NCBI RefSeq assembly: GCF_004010195.1
Contig: NC_057718.1
Coordinates: 98,022,876-98,086,875, forward strand
Reading direction: 5' to 3'
From: Chiloscyllium plagiosum
Taxonomy: Eukaryota
Length of the DNA: 64,000 nucleotides
Below, piece by piece: positions 1 through 11,819 of the stretch; position 1 is the stretch's first letter, and each line of letters starts with the position of its first letter. Made by a program: the position numbers and the translations under genes. The notes beneath the pieces were generated by a model. The model worked only from the letters and a program-made list of their open reading frames with translations. It was not told the origin of the DNA and ran no database searches.

Positions 1-326
1 TATTGCACAATTGAACTTTGGCCAGCTCCTGTCTCATAGCTCCATAGTTCCCTTTATTCAATTGAAATATTGTCTCCCTTTCAAATTGCAGATTGAAGCT
101 TATTGTATTATGGTCACTACTTCCCAATGGCTCCTTCACTTCGAGGTCCCTGATCAATTCTGGTTCGTTGCACAATACCAGATCCAGAATTGCCTTCTCC
201 CTGGTCGGCTCCAGCACCAGCTGTTCTAAGAATCCATCTCGGAGGCACTCCACAAACTCTCTTTCTTGAGGTCCAATACCATCCTGATTCTCCCAGTCTA
301 CCTGCATGTTGAAATCCCCCATTAAC
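1..326 (-). mobile_element. CR1-type LINE ORF2 fragment (APE endonuclease C-terminal part)
   Basis: My minus-strand translation from 322: MGDFNMQVDWENQDGIGPQEREFVECLRDGFLEQLVLEPTREKAILDLVLCNEPELIRDLEVKEPLGSSDHNTISF. It has the APE motifs GDFN, LDL and SDH. Not listed in the ORF track. Confidence 0.9.
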
Positions 327-1219
327 ACATACACACATGCACACACGCGCACACATACGCACACACACACATACACATACACACGCACACACATACACAC
401 ACATGCACACATACACACGCACACATACACACGCACACATACACATGCACACACACGTGCGCACACACACATACACACACGCGCGCACACATACGCACAC
501 ATACACATACACACGCACAGACACATACACGCGCACACATACGTACACACACATACACACTTGCACGCACACACACGCACACACAAATACACACACACAT
601 GCGCGCACACATACACCCCCACGCACACACACACACTCACACACATACGCACACACATACACACGCACACATACACACACATACACATACACACGCACAC
701 ACACACGCACACACATACGCGCACACACATACACACACACAAACGCGCACACACACATTCACATGCACACACGCGCGTGCACACATACATATACACGCGC
801 GCACACACGCACATACTCGCGCACATACACATGCACACATACATAAACATACACGCACGCGCATGTGCACACGCACACACATACACACACATGCATGCAC
901 ACATGCACACACATACACACACATACACGCACACACACACGCGCACACACACATACACGCACACACACACATGCGCATGTGCACACGCGCACACACGCAC
1001 AAATACACGTGCACACACACATGCACATACATACACACGTGCATACACACGCACACATACACGCACACATACACATACGCGCACATACATGCACGCGTAC
1101 ACATACACACACACACACATGCGCACACATACACACACGCGCACACACACACACACACATACATGCACACATACATATGCACACACACACACATACACTC
1201 ACATACACACACACACACA
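325..1219. repeat. Compound (CA)n / CACG / CATA microsatellite, about 0.9 kb
   Basis: Direct inspection; source of the His/Thr and Val/Cys ORFs. Confidence 0.98.
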
Positions 1220-1519
1220 GTAAGTTTAAGGGAAAAGTGGGGAAAGAAAGGAAGATGGAATCTATTACAACTTTAAAATTCTTTGAGGCCTGGAATTGAG
1301 AGAGTGAAGTCTGTGTTCACTGTTTAGCTGTCTTGTTTTCTCATCAGTAGTGAGATCTGTACAATCCTCAGTTCTTGCTGAATGGTTGTTTTCCCAAGTT
1401 GCTTTTTCAATGGGCACATCTTTGAAGAGCGTAAACGTCTTGGAGAGGAAAAAGAGAGATACAACCCAGCTCTTGCTTAAAAATCTAATTTTCCCATCTG
1501 TCCTGGCTCTGCCAAACCA

Positions 1520-1622
1520 GCTTCTGAAACAAAATCAGAAATTGCATGAAAAGCTCAGCAGGTCTGGCAGCATCTATGGAGAGAAATCAGAGTTAACGTT
1601 TTGGGTTGAGTGATCCTCAGAA
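1520..1622 (-). mobile_element. PLE-terminal fragment, family C
   Basis: aaagctcagcaggtctggcagcatctatggagagaaatcagagttaacgtt recurs at about 18350, 28270, 42865 and 63780. Confidence 0.65.
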
Positions 1623-1971
1623 GCTTCGGAAGCGTGGTTACTTGATATATTCCTGAGTTTGGCTCCATTGTCTTTCCAAGCTGAATACCCTGCAGACAAC
1701 CTTTCAACTCCTTGTTTATGAACTTATCACACAAACAGAATTAAAACAAGCAATGCGAATGTTTTGTCTCTAACATCATGATCTGGTTTTACTATCTTTC
1801 GATTGATGGCCATTTAAGTGCAGTGTGACTCAACTTGGTTCTACAGAGCTTACCTCAATCCGGTGGTCAGGTGACCGCAATAGCCATTTTGGGTCAAGTT
1901 TGTTCTTTTTAATTCTTAAAGGTTGTGAGTGTTAAAATCAAGTGATGGAAATTGAATATCAGTTACCCAAG

Positions 1972-2143
1972 GAGAAAGTGAGGACTGCAGATGCTGGAGA
2001 TCAGAGCTGAAAATGTGTTGCTGGAAAAGCGCAGCAGGTCAGGCAGCATCCAAGGAGCAGGAGAATCCTGCTTCCTGAAGAAGGGCTCATGCCCGACACA
2101 CCGATTCTCCTGCTCCTTGGATGCTGCCTGACCTGCTGCGCTT
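1972..2143. mobile_element. Fold-back PLE-terminal insertion, family A, with degenerate hammerhead
   Basis: 15-bp TSD tatcagttacccaag at 1957-1971 and 2144-2158; inverted arms of about 42 bp; ctgaagaagggctcatgccc core. Confidence 0.85.
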
Positions 2144-2425
2144 TATCAGTTACCCAAGTTTGCTATTATCGTAAACAGTGGTTGTGGAAAGTGCGAATGA
2201 AACTATGTAAAGGTTAAGCCTTCCCCCTATTCAAGAATGTTATAGTGGTAATATCAGTGTTCACAGCTCAAATTGTAGATGATCATCTGGGAGGAACAGA
2301 CTTAATGAGCTAAGTGGATTGTTTGCTTTTGTTTGAATTGTTACTTAAGTATGAGTGAATAAAGAATTTGAAAAAATGCAGGAAATAACAGGATTAAAGA
2401 ATGAAAAAATTATTAAAATAACTGA

Positions 2426-2980
2426 TTCGATTTGAGTATTGTTGCATGTACCTAGGTACAGTGAAAAGTTTTGTTTTGCGTGCAGTACAGGCAGATCATA
2501 GCATACAAAGAGCATAGGGTGATTGGACAGAGCGAGGAATAAAATGTTAAAGCTGCAGAGAATATGCACAAAAGGCCAGATCGACATTAGATTGGAAATT
2601 TGCGAGGTCCATTCAGAAGTCGAATAACAGCAGGGAAGAAGGTGTTCTTGAGCCAGTTGGTACATGTGTTCAAGTTTCCATGTCTTCTGCCTGACCGGAG
2701 AGGTTGGATGAGATGATAACCGATGTTGGCTGCCTTTCCGAGGCAGAGAGAATTGTAGATGGAGTCAGTGGTTGGCTTGTGTGATGAACTGGGCTGTGTA
2801 CACAACTCTCTGTAGTTTCTTACGGTCCTGGTCAGTGCAGTTGCCACACCAGGTCCATGATGCACCCAGATAGAATGCTTTCTGTGGTGCATCTGGAAAG
2901 GTTGGTGAGGATCTGTGCGTACATGCCAAATGAGATGTTGAGAAGAGAGATTGTTGTGCCTTCTTGACCATCCCATCAAT
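2426..2980 (-). mobile_element. Rex1/Babar-like LINE 3' fragment
   Basis: Minus-strand peptide ...SGRRHGNLNTCTNWLKNTFFPAVIRLLN resembles the Rex1 C-terminus; related to 61053-61300. Confidence 0.7.
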
Positions 2981-3016
2981 GCTGTGGTTCTGTTCGCCAA
3001 GCTGGAAGTTTTTGTT

Positions 3017-3056
3017 GCAAACGTTTCGTCCCCTGGCTAGGCGACATCATCAATGC
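3017..3056 (-). ncRNA. Minimal hammerhead ribozyme-like motif (family D)
   Basis: GCA-UUGAUGA-U-GUCGCCU-AGCC-AGGGGAC-GAAA-CGUU-UGC; first core base is U instead of C. Confidence 0.7.
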
Positions 3057-3864
3057 TTGGGAGCCTCCTGCGAAGCGCTTCTTTGATGTTTCCTCTGGTG
3101 TTTATAGTGGTCTGTCCCTGCCGCTTCCGGTTGTCAGTTTCAGCTGTCCGCTGTAGTGGTTGGTATATTGGGTCCAGGTCGATGTGTTTGTTGATGGAGT
3201 TTGTGGATGAATGCCATGCCTCTAGGAATTCCCTGGCTGTTCTCTCTCTGGCTTGCCCTATGATAGTAGTGTTGTCCCAGTCGAATTCATGTTGCTTGTT
3301 GTCTGCGTGTGTGGCTACTAAAGATAGCTGGTCGTGTCGTTTCATGGCTAGTTGATGTTCATGTATGCGGATTGTTAGCTGTCTTCCTGTTTGTCCTATA
3401 TAGTGTTTTGTACAGTCCTTGCATGGTATTTTGTACACTACATTAGTTTTGCTCATGTTGGGTATCGGGTCCTTCGTTCTGGTGAGTTGTTGTCTGAGCG
3501 TGGCTGTTGGTTTGTGTGCCGTTATGAGTCCTAGGGGTCGCAGTAGTCTGGCTGTCAGTTCCGAGATGCTCCTGATGTATGGTAGTGTGGCTAGTCCTTT
3601 TGGTTGTGGTATGTCCTCGTTCCGTGGTCTTTCTCTTAGGCATCTGTTGATGAAGTTGCGCGGGTATCCGTTTTTGGCGAATACCTTGTGTTCCTCTTCT
3701 TCTTTTTGCAGTTCTGGTGTACTGCAGTGTGTAGTGGCCCTTTTGAATAGTGTCCTGATGCAGCTTCGTTTGTGTGTATTGGGGTGGTTACTTTCATAGT
3801 TTAGGACTTGGTCTGTGTGTGTGGCTTTCCTGTATACCCTTGTAGTATGCAGGTTCCAGAACAC
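3037..3864 (-). CDS. PLE polyprotein C-terminus: RT thumb/linker plus GIY-YIG endonuclease (5'-truncated, start codon not genuine)
   Basis: VYRKATHTDQVLNYESNHP, LPYI, NVVYKIPCKDCTKHYIGQTGRQLTIRIHEH, REFLEAWH..SIN; uninterrupted frame. Confidence 0.92.
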   Translation of the reverse strand: MFWNLHTTRVYRKATHTDQVLNYESNHPNTHKRSCIRTLFKRATTHCSTPELQKEEEEHKVFAKNGYPRNFINRCLRERPRNEDIPQPKGLATLPYIRSISELTARLLRPLGLITAHKPTATLRQQLTRTKDPIPNMSKTNVVYKIPCKDCTKHYIGQTGRQLTIRIHEHQLAMKRHDQLSLVATHADNKQHEFDWDNTTIIGQARERTAREFLEAWHSSTNSINKHIDLDPIYQPLQRTAETDNRKRQGQTTINTRGNIKEALRRRLPSIDDVA

Positions 3865-3896
3865 CGAACGGAGAATTCACTACAAGGGTGAATTCA

Positions 3897-4028
3897 AAGG
3901 TATGCAGGTTAGGGTAGATTGGCCATGGGGAACTGGGTTACAGGAATAGGGATGGGTCTGGGAGGGATGCCCTTTGAAGGGTCAGTGTGGACTCGGGCCA
4001 AATGGCTTGCTTCCATGCTGTAGGAATT
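3897..4028 (+). mobile_element. HE1 SINE 3' half
   Basis: atgcaggttagg...gggtcagtgtggactcgggccaaatggc..ccatgctgtagg. Confidence 0.8.
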
Positions 4029-4454
4029 CAAGGACCTGTAATGTTTTACAGTTGTCCTTCGAAAGATTTGGGAAGTTAAATGTTCCCGCTCCGACTGACA
4101 ACCCAGTGTAATGACCTAGATGTGTAATTTACTGTCGGAGCTCAATCTAAATGAAAAATTCCCAGTTGTAGAAAAAGATGAGGAACATTTTCAACTTCTA
4201 ATCCTGCCTTTGGTGAAGACTGGCATCAGAGTGATCATAAATTTGTGAGACGAGGTGTAACCATCATTGTATCTCCTTTTTCTCTCTATTTCACTGGGAA
4301 GAATTTGTAGGGAAGTCAGAGGGCCAGATGGCTTAACCCTTCGCCTCCACCCACTCCCAACAAAAAACCTTTAAAGTCAGAGAATGAAGAAAAGCGTCTC
4401 AGCCATGCAATGATAACGTGCAGCACTTGGTGTCAACAAGAGCGGAGTGAGACT

Positions 4455-5212
4455 CATAGAGTCACAGTCATAGAGTCATACAGCACGGAAGCAGACCCTT
4501 CGGTCCAACCAGTCCATGCCAACCATAATCCCAAACTAAACTCGTCCCACCTTTGCCTATATCCCTCCAAACCTTTCCTATTCGTGTACTCACCTAAATG
4601 CCTTTTAAATATTGTAACTGTACCTGCACATCTAACACTTCCTCTGGATGGGGCTCAGTGGTTAACACAGCATTAAGGACAACAATCTGTATGGAGTTTT
4701 CCCATTTCCCTCGTGTCTGCGTGGGTTTCCTCTCAGCGTTCCGGTTTCCAAAGACGTGCAGGTTAGGTGGGTTGGCCATGGGAAATGCAGGGTTACAGGG
4801 GTAGGCTAGGGGGTGGCATGCTCTTCAGAGGGTCAGTGTGGACTCGATGGGATGAATGATCTGCTTCCACACTGTAGGGATTCTGTGATATTCGTTCCTC
4901 ACACGAACCACTCCCTATGTTAAAAACGTTGTCGCTCGTGTCTTCTTTAAATCTTTCTCCTTTCATCTTAAAAATATGTCCCCTCGACTTGATATCCCCC
5001 ACCCCAGGGAAAAGACACCTGCCGTTCACCCTATCTGTACCCCTCATGATTTTATAAACCTCCTCAAGGTTACCCGTCAACTTCCTAAGCTCCAGTGAAA
5101 AATTCCCAACCTCTCCAGCCTCTCCTCGCAACTCAAACCCTCCAATCCCAGCAGCATGCCTGGTCAATCTTTTCTGAACCTTCTCCAACTTAATGATACC
5201 CTTCCTATAACT
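4455..5212 (-). mobile_element. HER1/CR1 LINE 3' fragment with nested HE1 SINE (+, about 4648-4888)
   Basis: Peptide YRKGIIKLEKVQKRLTR...VYKIMRGTDRV; (catagagt)n tail. Confidence 0.88.
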
Positions 5213-5399
5213 CGTCTTCAGGAAGACACCCACTTTCTGCTGGTCCTATCCTCTGGTGGGCAAAAGTCCCAATAAAGAGCTTGCAGCTGGACACAGGAAG
5301 CCCCAATGGCTCCTGGACCCCAGCAGATCAGGGGCAGTGAGTGGGTTGGATTCTAGTGCCTTTCAGAGGTGGTGTTGCAGTGCTTGAACTGGGCGAGTG

Positions 5400-5700
5400 A
5401 CGCAGAGCCCCAGGCTAACGCTGTAGCAGGATGTGGGTTCGAACCCACTTTGGCGGATGATGAAATTTGAATGCAATCAAATTTGGAATTTAAAGGGGAT
5501 ATGAAAAGCTAGTCTAAATAGTGACCACATCATTGCTGTCAATTGTTGTTCAAAACCTGCCCGGATCCCCCAGGGAAGGAAATCTGCTGTCACTCTCCAC
5601 GTTTTAGCCTACCCATGTCTCCAGACCCATAGACATGGGGTTGACTCAGAAATGGCTGACAGAGCTGATCAGTTGGGGCAGGCAACAAATTCAGGCCTTC
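5400..5700 (+). mobile_element. Second tRNA-type SINE family (cagacccacagcaatg / gggcaataaatgc tail)
   Basis: Homologous to 6815-7148, 26255-26590, 28405-28990 and 44040-44360. Confidence 0.6.
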
Positions 5701-5742
5701 CCTGCAAAAAAAGGAAGAAGGGTGGACTTTGAAGTCATGGAA

Positions 5743-5812
5743 GGGGAGAGGAAATGCTATTTGGGGGAGGGGAAATGCTATTTGTGGGAGGGGAAATGCT
5801 ATTTGTGGGGGA
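5743..5812. repeat. 21-bp tandem repeat x3 (ggggaggggaaatgctatttg)
   Basis: Direct inspection. Confidence 0.9.
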
Positions 5813-5974
5813 GGGGCGGCTGAGGCCTTGTCACCAAAGTGCAAAGGTCACCTCCTTGAAGACAGTACCCGCTTCCCATCCCCTCCTTGTGAAATCCGAT
5901 TTTAAAATAAAAGCGAGCTGCCCACTTCCACTTGCCTGCCGTACTAATAATTTCATGGATTGGACACTCCTGGT

Positions 5975-6075
5975 CACATTCCTGCTGAAGAGCTTATGCC
6001 TGAACCGTTGACTCTGCTGCTCTATAGATGCTGCCCGACCTGTTGTGCTTTCCCAGAGCCACACTTTTCGACTCT
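5975..6075 (+). mobile_element. Degenerate family A PLE end
   Basis: attcctgctgaagagcttatgcctgaaccgttgactct...gatgctgcccgacctg. Confidence 0.75.
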
Positions 6076-6489
6076 ATTATTGGTGTAGGTTGAATTTTTA
6101 TAAGCTCGAGTGACCCTTAGTTATTTATTTAAACCAGGGTACCCGACCTAATGTCAGCTGCCCATCTCATCATATCGCCTCCCACACCACCTTCCCAGTA
6201 TCCCATATGATGGTGGTTAGACTGGGATGGTGGTGAGGGGTGGGGGTCACACCACAAACATCCAGCCCCTTGTGTCTGCCAGGTGTGTAAGGCTCTCTAA
6301 CTGCGGTTTTACAGCCTTGTTTACAAACTCCCAATTACAGTAGCTGCAGCTATCTGCCAAGACGAATTACAATGAATCAAGGATGGGGTTGTGTTGCGAA
6401 TTAATGCACAAACGGAGATGGATGTTGTCTCTGCTGTTGTTGTTGCATTGCCATGGGGTTTGGTTAGGGGGGGGGGGGGGGGGGGGGGG

Positions 6490-6652
6490 GAGGGAGCTGG
6501 TTTGCAATGCAGACTGAGCTGATTCAGTTCCTGCACTGGGTAGGGTCACCATCCTTCTCAACCTCTTTCCCCTTGCCTGAGGCGTGGTGACCCTCAGGTT
6601 AAACTCACTGCCAACTCCACTCTCGTGAGAGAGTGGGACTGTGGTGACTTCC
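6490..6652 (+). mobile_element. Third tRNA-type SINE family (gcctgagg.gtggtgaccctcaggttaaa)
   Basis: Homologous to 32985-33075/33595-33700 and to 51810-51960 (-). Confidence 0.6.
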
Positions 6653-6814
6653 GTTGCATTAGCCAGTTGCGTGTTACACTTTGAAGAAGAAAGCATGCAG
6701 CCTTAATCACAGGCAAAAACAAATCATCCCATCAGCTTTACAGCGAGCTGTATGAAACCAGCTTGTGTGACTTCAGATGCAGATTATATAAGTAGGCCAC
6801 GTGTCCTAGTTTTC

Positions 6815-7148
6815 CTAGTGGTATTATCACTGGATTGCTCATCCAGAGACCCAGGTAACGTCCTGGGGTCTCAGGTTCAAATCCTGGAATTTGAATCCAA
6901 TAACAAAAATAACTAGAGTTAAGATTCTACTGATGACCATGAATCTATTGCCGATTGTTGGGAAAAACCCATCCGTTTAACTAATGTCCCTTAGGGAAGG
7001 AAACAGCCATCCTTACCTGGTGTCGCCTACATGTGACTCCAGACCCACAGCAATGTGGTTGAACTCTTAAATGCCTTCTGGTTAATTAGGGATGGGCAAT
7101 AAATGCGGGTCTGGCCAGTGACACCCTCATCGTGTGAATGAGTAAAAG
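6815..7148 (+). mobile_element. Second tRNA-type SINE family, near full length
   Basis: tagtggtattatcactgga...ggttcaaatcc...agggaaggaaa...gggcaataaatgc. Confidence 0.7.
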
Positions 7149-7465
7149 CCTGATCGCAAAATGCTGTGCAAGCCACAAATAACATTTTGAAAATCTTTTG
7201 TAATAGTAAATTGGAATGTACAGGCTCTCTACTCAGCTGGATAAGGACCTCTGTTTGTTACGCTTAGTTTTAAAAGCCGGCTGCTAAGTTGACTTGGAGG
7301 GGCAAAGCAGGCATTACTGCAACCATCACAGGGCCTGTTAAATCTGGTGCAAGAAGCCCAGATTGTATGTTACCTGTCGCTGCTGTTGAGTTTTGTGAGC
7401 AGAGAACCATTCCCCATTGATGTACTAAAGCCTGTTCGATGGTGAATTACAGGAGAGTGACCTGA

Positions 7466-7770
7466 TTAGATTAGGCCCCCTACAGTATGGACACAGGCCC
7501 TTCAGCCCAACAAGTCCACACCAACCCTTCAAAGAGTAACCCATCCAGACCCATTCCTCTATTCTGTATTTACTGTACTAATGCACCTAACACTAGCATG
7601 GCCAATTCACCTAGCCTGCACATGTTTGGACTGTGGGAGGAAACCGCAGTACACCCACGCAGACACGGGAGAACATGCAAACCCCACACAGACAATGGTT
7701 GGAGGCTGGAATCAAACCCAGTTCCCTGGCGCTGTGAGGCAGCAGTGCTAACCACTGAGTCACCGTGCCG
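7466..7770 (-). mobile_element. HE1 SINE
   Basis: Reverse complement of cggcacggtg..cagtggttagcactgctgcctcacagc head; ctaat tail. Confidence 0.9.
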
Positions 7771-8564
7771 TCCTCTAAGTTTTATTCATGTAGGCCTAGT
7801 TTATGTCTGTTTTGCCAGTGGCATAGTCAGCTGCATAGCGAATGTGGCTCGTCAGGAGATACCTCCCCTGTCCTGGTTGGCAAACGGAGGAGAATGCTGT
7901 ACATTGAACAAAGCAGCTTTGGGATCAGGCATTGAGATGTTACTTCAGTACCCCTCTCAGAAATGATGCCCCATTGATTGTGGGTGTATGTGGTGATTGG
8001 ACTGTTGACTTCTTCTAATCAGTGAGCACAGTTGCAGGAATCTAATTTACAGACGACCAGAGGAAGTCAACAAGCATGGAAAAATTACAGATCGTAGATC
8101 AAAATTTGTTGAACTCTGTGTGATACCTCCTTATCCTTTATCTCAATATGCTGAGACCTCACATGGGCAGACTCAGAGTGACAGTCACGCACTCCATTGG
8201 CACATCCTGCTTTCTAGTTTGGCTGCTGTTGTGAGGAGCCCTGTCAGTGTTCATTGCAGCTTTTTGCACACAATCTGTTGAAGATTTGAAGATAGCTGGG
8301 ACAGATAATCTTCCTATCCATCTGGAACTGCATGCACTTAGGCTGCTGGGCTGTCATTCCTTTTGTAAATTGGGCCGGACAATTATAAGGACTCTGGGCT
8401 GGGTCTTGATGTGTTATCTTTTCAAAGCCGTGCGATAATGTGGATTTTTTTTCCCCCTCGTTGGTTTACTTTCGGAACAATCTTTGCAGCACAATGTCAG
8501 TCCAGCATTGCCAGTAGCACGTAAGCACAGCAGCAGTTTGTAAGTGTCCCTCGAAAAGCACAAC

Positions 8565-8890
8565 ACTGGAAATTTGAAATTAGAACAAACGGATGCTGGG
8601 ACTGCTCAGCAGGTCAGGCAGCATCTGTGGAAAGAGACACAGGGTCGGCCTTTCTGGTCACCGTTAAAAATCACACAACACCAGGTTATCGAACAACAGG
8701 TTTATTTGGAAGCATGAGCTTTCTGAGCGTTGCTCCTTCATCAGGCAGCTGTGGAGCAGCGCTCCTAAAGCTAGTGCTTCCAAATAAACCTGTTGGACTA
8801 TAACCTGGTGTTGTGGGACTTTTAACGTTGTTCACCCCAGTCCAACACCAGCACCTCCACATCGTTTCTGGTCACTGACCTTTCATCAGG
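8565..8890. mobile_element. Family C PLE end with nested family B fold-back insertion (8662-8864)
   Basis: 11-bp TSD tttctggtcac at 8651-8661 and 8865-8875; inverted arms. Confidence 0.85.
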
Positions 8891-9897
8891 TATGATCCTC
8901 ACTCATTTCTGGTGCCACAGAGGTTGAGTGTTGTGGCTGTTAGACTCTTGAAGGCTTTCCTGTGTGGAAATGGACAAACACATGCTTGGAGATGTGTTGA
9001 GATGTTGGTCGGATGTGCAAATTGATAACCTTGGAATGGGACTCACACCCAGAGTTTCTGTTTGAGAGGCAACTACACTGCCCCTTTTATCATAACTTCT
9101 CCATTTCTTGTCTTTTAAGTCTTAAATTTGACTCTGAAAATGATGCCTTAATATATTTTTTTCAATACTGCACCAATCGCATGTTGTTAGTGACAAGATT
9201 ATTCCCCCAGCGGAGAGAGTGGAATGGTGATACATTGCTATTTTCATGTCCTGCTGGGTCATCAGATCTCCCACACACTGTAATTGCGAGCTTTGTCGAG
9301 TTGGCATGTTGTACATTTCTCTGCATTTCTCATTACCTCGTGGTAGAGTTGCTCCTAATTAGTGCATACTCATATGCTATTCCACAGTGATAATGCTGGC
9401 AAACTGTAGGGAGGAAATAAAAGTGTGTCCCTGAGTGCCTTTAATCAGAAATCGAATGCTCATCTGGAAGCCTATAATCATGCATTGTGTTGATAAATAA
9501 AATATATTTTTAGAGCCATTATACCACACTGTTCTATTTGTGTCACAATCAGCACTGATGGAAGCACTGTGCAGAATTGTACCCAAAAAAACCAGTACAT
9601 TAGGCAGCAGTTTGTACTAGCTATTCATGAATGTGCATGTCAAGTTATAAATAGTAGCACTTAGTGAGGGTTGCTGGTCTTTTAACATGTTGCGAGCTAA
9701 CATGACTGAGCAATTTTGATCAATGTTTGTCTGGGAACCTTTTTTTGCTAATAAAGATGAAATGGCGATTTCACGTCATTACTTCTGCAAGCCGAGCTCA
9801 ATCTTAATCTGTGGGAACTATCTCTGTCTTTGAATGCATTATGAGGCAGATAGTAATTGCGAAGACCTTTGGAATCTTTGCATTCCTGATGCCGAAG

Positions 9898-10130
9898 ATA
9901 TATAGGAACAGAAGTATGCCATTCTGCCCCTGTTCCAGCATTCAGTGGCTGATCTGTGACCTAACTCCATGTACCTGCCTTTCGCCCATATCCCTTAACA
10001 CCTTTGTTTGACAAACATTTATCAATCTTAGAGTTAATAACTGATCCAGCATCCACTTCTGTTTGTGGAAGAGAGTTCCAAACCTCTCCCACCCTTTGTG
10101 TGGAGAAGTGCTCCCTGACATCGCTCCTGA
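9898..10130 (-). mobile_element. CR1 LINE 3' fragment (continues at about 10890-10990)
   Basis: ataggaacagaagta..gccattc tail; agagagttccaaacctct..gtgtggagaag. Confidence 0.7.
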
Positions 10131-10176
10131 GTGTAAGAACAAGTTACTGCAGTTCCTGCAATCCATACTGAAGACA

Positions 10177-10885
10177 TCAAATGCTGGAGATTATAGCGGG
10201 TCAGGCAGCATCCATGGAGATGGAATAAACTAACATTTTGAGTCTAGATGACTCTTCATCAGAGCTGGCGTGACTTCATCTAGACTCGGAACCTTAGTTG
10301 CTGTCTCTCCATGGATGCTGTCGAGAGTGTGGTGCTGGTCAGGCAATATCTGAGGAGCAGGAGTTTGCACATTCTCCCCGTGTCTGCATGGGTTTCCTCC
10401 AGGTGCTCCGGTTTCCTCCCACAACCCAAGGATGTGCAGATTAGGTGAATTGGCCATGCTAAATTGCCCGTAGTGTTAGGTGCATTAGTCAGAGGGAAAT
10501 GGGTCTGGGTGGGTTATTCTTCAGAGGGTTGGTGTGGACTGGTTGGGTCAAAGGGCCTGTTTCCACACTGTAGGGAATCGAATCTAATCTAATCGACAGT
10601 TCAGGCGTAAGCCCTTCATCAGGAATGGGCCTGGAATTCCTGATGAAGGGCTTTTGCCCGAAACGTTGACAGTCCTGCTGCTCGGATGCTGTGCTTTTCC
10701 AGCATCTTGGTTTGAAAAATGTGATGCTGGAAAAACACAGCAGTCCAGGCAGCAACCGAGGAGCAGGAGAATTGACATTTCGGGCATAAGCCCTTCTTCA
10801 GGAATCTTCCAGCATCTGCAGACCTCACTTTCTCCTGTCCATGGATTTTGCCTGACATGCTGTGATCTCCAGCAGTGGTTGTTTT
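10177..10885. mobile_element. Nested cluster: family C fold-back, family A copies and HE1 SINE (10361-10592, +)
   Basis: Several hammerhead cores on both strands (10228-10265 -, 10636-10670 +, 10770-10805 -). Confidence 0.8.
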
Positions 10886-11364
10886 AAGTATCTCTCCTAA
10901 ACAGTCTGGCCCTAATTGTCAGATGGGCCCAAACCCACCCCCCTCACCCAGTTCTAGAATCCACAACCAGTGGAGATAGTTTATCTTCTCTACCATCACC
11001 TATTAATATACAATGTCACAAATAGCAACTGGTACACATTATTTGGATTTATCCAGCATTGCATCAAGCTGCAGCAACACTCCTTAACTTCTGAGCTTCA
11101 CTGGAACTTGGTGGAAATAACCCTGTTCGAAAGGCCACTTACTGCTTTCTTCCATGCTGCAAGGGAAACCGCTTTTCTGATAGGACGTAGGCCTCGCTGG
11201 CAAGATCTGCATTTGTTCCCTTTCCTGAATGCCATTGAACAGAGTGGCTTGCGAAGCCATTGCAGAGGGCAGTTGCTGTGGGTCTGGAGTCACGTTGAGG
11301 CCAGATTCGGTTGCAGTGTTGTGAGAGAGCCAGCTGGGTTAGAAGCTTAGAATTCCTGAAGCGT

Positions 11365-11665
11365 GGAAGCACGCAATTTGGCCGGTCAAGTCCACAGTGA
11401 CCCTCCAAAGAATATCCTAGCCAAACCCACTCCCTTACCCTATCCCTGTAACCTTGCATTTCCCATGGCTAATCCACCCAGCCTGCACATTCCTGGGCAC
11501 CAAGGGAAATTTAGCATGGCCAATTCACCCTAGCCTGCACATCTTTGGACTGTGGGAGGAAACTGGAAGACCCAGAGGAAACCCTGCAGGAGAATGTGCA
11601 AACTCCACATGGCAGTCACCCAAGGCTGGAATCGAACCCAGGTCCCTGGCGCTGTGAGGCAGCAG
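11365..11665 (-). mobile_element. HE1 SINE
   Basis: Matches other HE1 copies. Confidence 0.88.
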
Positions 11666-11819
11666 TTGCCATGGTCATCATCACTGAGATGAGCTTTCAA
11701 TTGCTGGTTTATTCTGTCCTGGGTGGTATTGGAACTTGTGGCCCCAGAACATTGACCTGTCTCCCTGGATGACAAGGTGTATTACCTTAAAATCCCACTG
11801 GCGAGAAGGTGAATTCAAT

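Larger units (their letters stand above)
2980..3889 (-). mobile_element. 5'-truncated Penelope-like element (Poseidon-like, family D) with 3' hammerhead
   Basis: GIY-YIG ORF, hammerhead at the 3' end, short inverted segment at the 5' end. Confidence 0.92.

Noticed and set aside
117..1299. Long His/Thr-rich and Val/Cys-rich ORFs (also 27683-28210 and 50254-50815)
   Set aside because: Translations of (CA)n/(TG)n microsatellites, open in all frames
3053..3799. + strand ORFs of 100 and 126 aa
   Set aside because: Antisense shadows of the PLE ORF
6466..6490. Poly-G/C runs as G-quadruplex elements (also 31739, 40110, 45635, 48352)
   Set aside because: Simple homopolymers of uncertain length, mostly within or beside repeats
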